From contig CAMBDS010000007.1 of assembly GCA_945865405.1 (NCBI GenBank), forward strand, positions 1,683 through 65,682: a DNA stretch of 64,000 nt, in the 5' to 3' direction. The notes beneath the pieces were generated by a model that did no database searches, was not told where the DNA came from, and worked only from the letters and a program-made list of their open reading frames with translations. Position 1 is the stretch's first letter. Every line of letters starts with the position of its first letter. The position numbers and the translations under genes were made by a program. The DNA is from Caldithrix abyssi DSM 13497 (GTDB lineage Bacteria > Electryoneota > AABM5-125-24 > Hatepunaeales > Hatepunaeaceae). Shown one piece after another: positions 9,001 through 13,133 of this stretch.

Positions 9001-10222
9001 TGTCAGAACACAGGAGGTTCGCTTCCGCAACGGCTGGAACTTGATCTCGATCAACATCACCCCAACTAACGAAAACTATTGGGCTGGCGATCCGGGTCCT
9101 GAGATCGTCCCGATGATGTCACAGTTTGCCCGCCCGAATGGTGGAGCGCACCATCTTCTCCTTATGAAGAATGAGCGCGGTCTCTTCTATGTTCCGTCTC
9201 GCGGGTTCAATGGTATTCCTTATTGGAACCTCACTGAGGGATATCAGGTCCGCCTCGACTCAGCGATGTCAGGCTTCTGGACAGGTATGCCGATCGATCC
9301 ACAGGCAGATATTCCAATCGCCCGTGGCTGGAACATGATTGCCTACTTCCCGGACTACCCGTTGATTGCCAACCGTGCAAGCAATAATTACGTCTTGTCT
9401 CCTATCCTCGATAACGTACTTATCGCCAAGGATGCACTCGGACGCTTTATGATCCCGGCTCGTGATCATTTCAGCAACATGCCACCGTGGGAGGCGGGCT
9501 CTGGTTACCAGATCAACGTTAACCAGGCAGTCGTACTGAACTATCCGTTGCCATTCGAAGGGCTTGCTTCACTCAATGTCGAACCGGAGGCATCTGCCAA
9601 AGGTCATTGGGCAGAAGTTCCTTCGACTGGGGCTAACATGAGCGTGCTAATTTCCAAGGTTTTTGGAGTCAAGCTTTCGAACTCTGATCAGGTTGCAGCG
9701 TTCAATAAAGCCGGTCAGCTTGTCGGCGTCAGCAACGTGATCGATGGTCAGGTTGGTATTCCGGTTTGGGGCGACGATAACTCGACCGAAGCAATCGAAG
9801 GCCTTCTTGAAAAAGAGACCTTCACCCTGAAGTTGTGGAAGTCGGATGAAAACATCGTAGTCGATCTCGATATGTCGGCGGTACTTGAAGGTAAGGGACT
9901 TACCTACGAAACCGACGCCTTCACCGTGATTGACGCCGCTGTCCAAATGGCAGTCCCGACCGAGTACTCGCTTGGCCAGAACTACCCGAACCCGTTCAAC
10001 GCAGTCACCCGCATTGCGTTCGGTTTGCCGGAAGCGTCACTTGTCAAGGTTCGCCTGTTCGATCTCTCCGGTCGTGAAGTATCGACTCTCGTGAACGCCG
10101 AGCTGAAGGCTGGTCATCACAGCGTGGTACTGGATGGCGAGGAGATGGTCTCAGGCGTTTACATCGTCAAGATGGAAGCCGCCAACTTCAGTGCCGTTCG
10201 TAAGGTAACGCTTGTGAAGTAA
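2..10222 (+). CDS. Giant secreted multidomain protein, 5'-truncated by the window edge (at least 3,406 codons). It has five tandem ~470-aa supermodules (Ig-like domains plus a ~230-aa five-bladed beta-propeller-like domain), an alpha/beta GATase1/ThuA-like domain, a conserved pre-CTD cassette and a T9SS type-A C-terminal sorting domain.
   Basis: The frame is open from nt 2. TLNATGLFGGDYEAELHFLSNDP at the edge matches the internal module ends LNATGL.GDYEADLHFLSNDP, so the gene continues upstream. The C-terminus YPNPFNAVTRIAFGLPEASLVKVRLFDLSGREV...GVYIVKMEAANFSAVRKVTLVK is the canonical T9SS CTD pattern. A TAA stop is followed by hairpins. Confidence 0.9.
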   Translation, partial: TLNATGLFGGDYEAELHFLSNDPASPNLVLDVFLQVTAAPMIVVEWPAQAGFPVMNWNRVYPTLFSGGPYTIPVTIKNEGTDFLVVEDIFCDNDYFSANPSNFEVAPDEETVVDFIVNADETGLHLGTMTIISNDPHHGEYDIAVRARTAAPPEIDIEPASIQDELFTGGSSEQFLTVTNRGAARLIWESELEIISEPERDQDARSLRGIDGSAGPRRDNPGDMLGTFNWNRSPAGNYKAGIAWNPESEMMMLTSYGQNFIGIVDPANGYQPVREWQPPNNPMGAACLEGTFYVVGWNGGNQFLFRWDINGNNLGNFNTPGIVPTSVAASADLEVLIVGDGNNNRDIFVYDLDGERVGTIDRGNYQQYTNGQWQRSICWVDKHPEGQLWMNTPGRSWQLSVDTNNWDVTAAVQNLSNGGGQDEWDGIGHDGHNLIIGRTNGQTYEIMDDGITEMFWFMWDPQEGQLSAGSSQEIVVGLNGAGLFEGLYEADLHFLSNDPSRPDHVVNIQLDVTGASDIEVEWSDDFGFPQVIDWNRAYEDFYSGGPYDMMIEVSNGGTAVLAVDGIDFDHQFFSVAPENFVLDPEETRELVVTFNAPANRPGNYNQMMTIFSDDPDEPEFEIALHANASLPPILVVDPDFIEDALHTDEISEHILSVSNDGAAQLRFIIEHEITAEPERDRSSRTLRTVDGGAGPNRDNPGDLIRRVNVGINTFGGMGYDEEEGLVWGSSYGNNRIIAVDPSNDQVVKNFAGPGGPLSMAFVNGNIWTTQWAGSQIFVYNRDGQNIETFNLNFGAFGGMGTSMELGCVMINSINDRRIHVINIENHQEVASFDARNAWQGADVYGIDWVDAHPDGQLWGCGNGRLWQVHVDENWNCQAVQNFAIEADVQHAEMCNDGENMWHVGRWGEQQWRLYDDGVKEMRWLSYEPNEGTLDQNEEQEILVTLDATGLIGGDYEADLHFLSNDPARPDFVLNVFLAVTGAPVAEVVWSEAAGFPNVIDFNGVFNQLYSGGPYRIPVTVKNEGTEVLNVDDISCDNEYFTAEPSNFVVEVGESVVTQFILNADEDGMHEGTMTIFSDDPQRDEINIPVTGRTSAPPIMVIDPGFIDEDLFTGAVDEHVINISNEGVAELQWETDLVIIREPGRDENARSLRSVDGQKGPNRDNAGDLIRRINVPWNTNSGMAFDGELMWGCDYGNARLIAVDPENDQIVANIAYGVNSMGLAWDGEKLWVSPWAGNQVFTFDQNGQRLGTYNFNFGALGGMGSDLEEGYIYINCINDRRIHVISVDNQQEVASFDPRGAWQNADVYGIEWVTDHPDGQLWGHSPGRLWQVFVDENWNCAPVQNFAVESNGAPHIEMANDGENMWVGGNWGEQAWRIYDDGVTEMRWIRFDPTEGTVGQNADSDVFITLNATGLIEGDYEADLHFLSNDPANPDQAFNVLVHVTPASDVMVEWSEDYGFPNNLDWNAAYDDLFSGGPYEMVIEVSNNGVENLNVSDITSDHEYFRANPTEFELAPEQSRQVTVIFDAAANDPGDYNQTLTISSDDPDEGDFEIALHADASLPPVMIIDPDQIEDRLVTDEVSEHIINVSNDGDAPLNFVIEKEIISEPERDADFRQLRGVDGTAGPLRDNAGDELGSFVWEGGEGQNQHKAGIAYDFDNDLLFVTGYDRNIFAILDPNDNYRVVRQWNNPGDGNPMDAAWLNGVFYDIQLWNERIFRWDLNGNRLNPINTAGRQVRAIAASQELEVLFYLYNQDVSRLVVADPNNGNEIAVVDNYRQYADNRDCFSILWVDKHPEGQLWLNGWDAGIYQIAIDTDNWRATGRSAQFQIPNRQNPQPWTGIGFDGHNLIIGDYGHAQYQIVDDGITEVYWLSFDPSEGTVEGDSDMDIDVTLDASSLNEGDYIADLHFLSNDPAHRDEAVRIVLHVTGIPMIVVEWDGDIGFPDMINWNAAYPQLYTGGPYRVPVTVINEGTATLEVNDITCDDQTFSADPANFEVAPGEEMVIDFILDADADGLHESRMTIASNDPDGDVDIAVRGRTSASPIMEIDPLEVGADLNTGDITERTINISNTGAARLRWSSELEIVQEPDRDVESRALRSVDGAVGPQRDNLGEVLAQFSWNRAQQGQYKAGMAWDPENELMMLTCYSTNFMAVVNPANNYEVVREWQPPNNPMGAAWMDGISYVIGWTGGNAFLFRWDVEGNNLGNFNTPGIIPTSVATSPDLEVIIVGDGNNDRDIHVYNTDEERIATIRRGNYQQYTGGQWQRSLCWVDKHPEGQLWINTPGRAWQVEVDTDNWEVTRTVQQFGNNGDQEWDGIGHDGDNLWIGRYNSPQYQIVDDGVEELYWVRWEPELGEVAAGSDVDVVVTLNATDLNGGIYEGNIHFLSNDPSHWDVAVNVLINVTGAPAVETDPIAMPMIDAPDELSFESTYVGGTRAISVTISNTGTEDLVIERITSSNADEFTTDADDGLSINPDDEAVVNLLFHPTDIDDREGTITFFSNAMNVGEGDEAGQFWFDLVGVGQTPPDISTEPANDGWIRVGLEVGDDPVERELVISNDAGQGGDDLDWEIVVEEVEQERDGANRNLRSVNGSAAGPRRDPPESRFAMFKDGGGWHDGMENIFQEEGVQIRQYNSGSFRNAPLDDYEVIWIREYQSDQFNNEWNNNRARFEEWVDGGGVLYQGTGTNNWAVVPIHVGGLRRLQEGFGNGTVVGTNDLDADNYNYLCELAGWRGGENLPGNSWSHSSYDRNAFANIDGSDWWQAIAIGAGRNDRPAVAVYNYGRGFCMVTGTTDSHQYGNWRQQGMWGWALNKVVWYLDFLANQGPSWLEVDPEDGSLGLGEETTVTLTFDSERLEPDTDYFANLMIESNDPDQPTILINVLLRTGSIGPVHFVGYDETDVNHSLLVTNVSFDGEQVPAGWEVGAFTPAGVLAGSSVWEGADMGLAVWGAGGDHDDYFRDGETVSLRIWDNSADVEWAGTARVEEGSMVWQPNGFTALAVEGFSVRTQEVRFRNGWNLISINITPTNENYWAGDPGPEIVPMMSQFARPNGGAHHLLLMKNERGLFYVPSRGFNGIPYWNLTEGYQVRLDSAMSGFWTGMPIDPQADIPIARGWNMIAYFPDYPLIANRASNNYVLSPILDNVLIAKDALGRFMIPARDHFSNMPPWEAGSGYQINVNQAVVLNYPLPFEGLASLNVEPEASAKGHWAEVPSTGANMSVLISKVFGVKLSNSDQVAAFNKAGQLVGVSNVIDGQVGIPVWGDDNSTEAIEGLLEKETFTLKLWKSDENIVVDLDMSAVLEGKGLTYETDAFTVIDAAVQMAVPTEYSLGQNYPNPFNAVTRIAFGLPEASLVKVRLFDLSGREVSTLVNAELKAGHHSVVLDGEEMVSGVYIVKMEAANFSAVRKVTLVK
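47..7165 (+). repeat. Intragenic tandem array of five coding supermodules of ~1.39-1.45 kb each. These are protein-level repeats with diverged synonymous sites.
   Basis: The anchor (L/I)HFLSNDP recurs at nt 47, 1475, 2876, 4268, 5714 and 7139, giving periods of 1428, 1401, 1392, 1446 and 1425 nt. Propeller subtypes run in the order A-B-B-A-A. Confidence 0.85.
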
Positions 10223-10308
10223 TGCTATACATGGCGAGGCGGCAGCCGATACTTCGTTGCCGCCTTGCCTGATATGGCTTGGTTTATAGGCAGGACTTCT
10301 TAAGAATC

Positions 10309-10347
10309 GCATCGCCCCCGTCAAATGACGGGGGCGATGCTGTTTTT
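10309..10347 (+). terminator. Rho-independent terminator of the giant gene
   Basis: GCATCGCCCCCG-tcaaatga-CGGGGGCGATGC forms a 12-bp perfect stem and is followed by TGTTTTT. Confidence 0.8.
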
Positions 10348-10359
10348 CGCGGGAAGGAA

Positions 10360-10470
10360 GTAGGACAGGGCGTCCCGACCTGTCAGGGGAGTGGCGGTTG
10401 CGGAAGTGGAGGTGTTAGATTGTATGGAGTGACGCATCCGCTCTCATACCGGCGAAAGCCGGTATCCATA
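10360..10470. repeat. Intergenic GC-rich hairpin (REP-like) elements
   Basis: gtagGACAGGgcgtcccgaCCTGTCagggg lies at 10360-10389. ctctcATACCGGCgaaaGCCGGTATccat lies at 10441-10470. Both have relatives at 12722-13016. Confidence 0.7.
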
Positions 10471-10546
10471 CAAGCCGCTTGACATAAGGGTCGAACGGAA
10501 GTAAATTGAAGTAAGGATTGTCTGACTTGAAACAGGAGTTGGCGAA

Positions 10547-10816
10547 GTGCGGTTTGAATGGGACGAAAGGAAGGCGGAATCGAACCTCCTTAAGCATGGC
10601 GTTTCGTTCGAGGAGGGACGAAGCGTCTTCCGGGATACGCTGTCTGTCATACTCCCGGACGAGGATCACTCTATCGATGAGCGAAGATGGCAGGCACTCG
10701 GAATGTCAGACAGACAACGGATACTTGTGGTCTGTTTCGGTGAACGGGGGAGAGCAATCCGACTAACAAGCGCTCGAAAGGCGACAAAACGAGAAATCAA
10801 ACAATATGAGTCCTAA
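10547..10816 (+). CDS. brnT: BrnT-family (DUF497) type II toxin
   Basis: The N-terminus FEWDERKAESNLLKHGVSFEEGRSVF is the BrnT signature. A GTG start is preceded by GGAG. The gene overlaps the downstream antitoxin gene by 11 nt. Confidence 0.8.
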   Translation: MRFEWDERKAESNLLKHGVSFEEGRSVFRDTLSVILPDEDHSIDERRWQALGMSDRQRILVVCFGERGRAIRLTSARKATKREIKQYES

Positions 10817-11120
10817 GAAAATTTACAACGACGAGGACACAATGCGTCCTGAATACGACTTTGACATGTCCAAAGCGGTTCGAGGAAAATATGCCAAGCG
10901 TTATCAGGAGGAGGGAACCAATGTTATCCTCCTCGATGCTGACGTCTATGACGTTTTCCGCGATGCCGCATCCGTCAACGAAGCTCTGCGGTCGCTGATC
11001 GAACTGTCGAAGAAGGCTAACGCGGCGAGCGAGCAGAGCAAGCCTCGCCCGGTTGCCGAGCCGCAAAGCCGGGTGACACCTCGAAAGGTAGCGGTTGTCA
11101 AGGCAGGGAAGGTGAAGTAG
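10806..11120 (+). CDS. brnA: BrnA-like antitoxin
   Basis: The EYDFDMSKAVRGKYAKRY...VILLDADVYDVF...VNEALRSLI pattern is typical of BrnA/CopG-like partners of BrnT. It is coupled to brnT by overlap. Confidence 0.7.
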   Translation: MSPKKIYNDEDTMRPEYDFDMSKAVRGKYAKRYQEEGTNVILLDADVYDVFRDAASVNEALRSLIELSKKANAASEQSKPRPVAEPQSRVTPRKVAVVKAGKVK

Positions 11121-11228
11121 ATAAGGTCTAAGAGGGTTGCGGAGGTAGAAGGAAGTTTTTAGATTGATAAAAGCGTGATAGACTCAGTCAACAAGGGTTG
11201 TTATTATCAAGTTTGAGGGAGTAAGGCA

Positions 11229-12701
11229 ATGAGGATGAGCGTCATATATTTTGTGGCTGGATTGTTGATTGGGGCGGGGGGAGTATTGGGACAGGAACAT
11301 GATTTGCCCCTAACTCCTATTTGGTCTTATGAATTCAATGGATGGAACGGTGCTTGGGTAAAAGATTCATGGGTTGAAAACGGTAGATTTCATTTTCTTA
11401 TTAATTTAAAAGATAATGATTTAGGAAGTAGAGCTGAGATAATTTCCGAAGGCGAGATGCTATGGCGAAGTCCACGAGGATTACAAGAAGATGCACCTAT
11501 GCGACGTGTTCACTTTTCGGAAGGGCCAGCGATTGTTATTGGCAACAACACCGGAAGTGGAGCTTTCATAGGCAGGTATGATGGTGAGGCCTACTCTAAT
11601 AGCGAGTTGTTTCGTTTTGGCGACCGTCCGGGAGGATTAGAAAATGGAACTGGATACGATGTCAAGGCGATTGTACCAATTAATACAATTTTACCAGAAC
11701 CAAACGATTCCGGAGTGATTATTGGGCTTGATGAATGGACGCAAAACTACGACCTTCATAACGATTTTGAATCTGGTACCTTAAACGGTGGGCTTAACTT
11801 TTACAGATTCCAAGATCAACGTAGTCCAAGTAATTTTGCTCTCACAGGAGGAGTCGATAGATTAATAGAAAAGCGCGACGATGAGGGCTTCATTGAGTAT
11901 CTAATTTGCAGATCCATCACTTCAGATTATGGCAACAACTGGAATGAGACCGCTACTGAATGGGTATCATTCAATCGCGATTTAAGTGTCCACGATCATG
12001 TTGAAACGTCTGGAGAATTTGTTACCACATTTGCTCCTGAGGTAGATGGCCGTGATCTAGTATGTTCTATCCATTATACATATGAGCAAGCTTTTTTGAA
12101 AGTCATCACTGCCCCTCAGTTGGAGACTGTATATTTTGATGCAATCCCCAGACTTGGATCGATGCGAGCACTTTGTCACTACTTTGACCCATCCAACCAG
12201 GCAGGACACCACTATCTCCTGATAACTTCTGCTGAGACGGCGCAGGTTATTGTATTCGATCTTTCTGCATTGAGATTACTCGGGTCGATTTATCAAATGC
12301 CTCAAAGTGTAATTTGGATGCAGTGTGCCGATTTCGTCGAGGGGGGAAACGTAGAAATTGCTGTGTTGACGCCAATGAGCTTCACACTTTATGAAATTGC
12401 GCCTCTATCAATTTCATCCTCCCAGCAACCGCTTTACCCAAAGTCTCTTTCCCTTGCGGCGTTTCCCTCCCCCTTCAACTTTTCAACGTTCGTCACATTC
12501 TCAACGCCGTCTTTTGGGCGGGTTAATTTCTCGCTCACGGACAATTCCGGCAGAACAATACGAAGATGGAATGAAGAAATACTCCACCCCGGCGAGGTGC
12601 GGATATCGATTGATGGCAAAGGCTTGACAGCAGGGACGTATTGGGTGAATGTCGAGCAAAATGGAATGTCGGCGACGAGAAAAGTGGTGATGGTGAAGTA
12701 G
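11229..12701 (+). CDS. Secreted hypothetical protein with a T9SS C-terminal sorting domain
   Basis: The ATG is preceded by GAGGGAG. There is an N-terminal hydrophobic signal (VIYFVAGLLIGAGG). The C-terminus reads FPSPFNFSTFVTF...GTYWVNVEQNGMSATRKVVMVK. Confidence 0.8.
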   Translation: MRMSVIYFVAGLLIGAGGVLGQEHDLPLTPIWSYEFNGWNGAWVKDSWVENGRFHFLINLKDNDLGSRAEIISEGEMLWRSPRGLQEDAPMRRVHFSEGPAIVIGNNTGSGAFIGRYDGEAYSNSELFRFGDRPGGLENGTGYDVKAIVPINTILPEPNDSGVIIGLDEWTQNYDLHNDFESGTLNGGLNFYRFQDQRSPSNFALTGGVDRLIEKRDDEGFIEYLICRSITSDYGNNWNETATEWVSFNRDLSVHDHVETSGEFVTTFAPEVDGRDLVCSIHYTYEQAFLKVITAPQLETVYFDAIPRLGSMRALCHYFDPSNQAGHHYLLITSAETAQVIVFDLSALRLLGSIYQMPQSVIWMQCADFVEGGNVEIAVLTPMSFTLYEIAPLSISSSQQPLYPKSLSLAAFPSPFNFSTFVTFSTPSFGRVNFSLTDNSGRTIRRWNEEILHPGEVRISIDGKGLTAGTYWVNVEQNGMSATRKVVMVK

Positions 12702-12721
12702 AAAGAGGGTAGAGGAAGAAG

Positions 12722-13044
12722 GTGACAGGCGGGGACGCCTGTCGTACGGGGTTGGGCGAACACGAGGTTCGCCCGTACGGGCAGGTCGAGACGCCCTGCC
12801 CTACTGAGTTGTCAAGCGGGACGCTTAACCTACGCGGAAGAGCTTGATAGTTCGCCCTCGAAGGGATTGTAAGTCCCGCCCAGCAAAGCTGTGCGGGCTA
12901 CACGCGACAAAGAGCTGGATAAGCCGTCAACCCAGAGGGGTGACGGCTTTCGCTTTTGTGACTGACAGGAATGTCTATCGTAAGGGAATGGATACCGGCT
13001 TACGCCGGTATGAGAGGCAGGCAGACGAGGGCGTCCGCCTGCGG
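12722..13044. repeat. Cluster of at least six GC-rich hairpin (REP-like) elements filling the convergent intergenic gap
   Basis: GACAGGCGgggaCGCCTGTC lies at 12724. GGGCGAACacgagGTTCGCCC lies at 12754. GCAGGtcgagacgcCCTGC lies at 12781. gacaggaatgtctatcgtaag lies at 12964. ATACCGGCttacGCCGGTAT lies at 12992. GCAGGCAGACGagggCGTCCGCCTGC lies at 13018. Confidence 0.75.
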
Positions 13045-13133
13045 AGTAAAACAAATATCCTTCACTTCGTTCAGGATGAATCTGCCAAGGTGCTGCCGAC
13101 CACGGCGGGTCGGCAGTGGAAAGGGAATTGGCG

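Noticed and set aside
10360-13044. A possible CRISPR array, suggested by recurring palindromic ~25-30-nt elements
   Set aside because: The elements belong to several different sequence families, occur in both orientations and have irregular spacing. There are no unique spacers of constant length and no cas genes.
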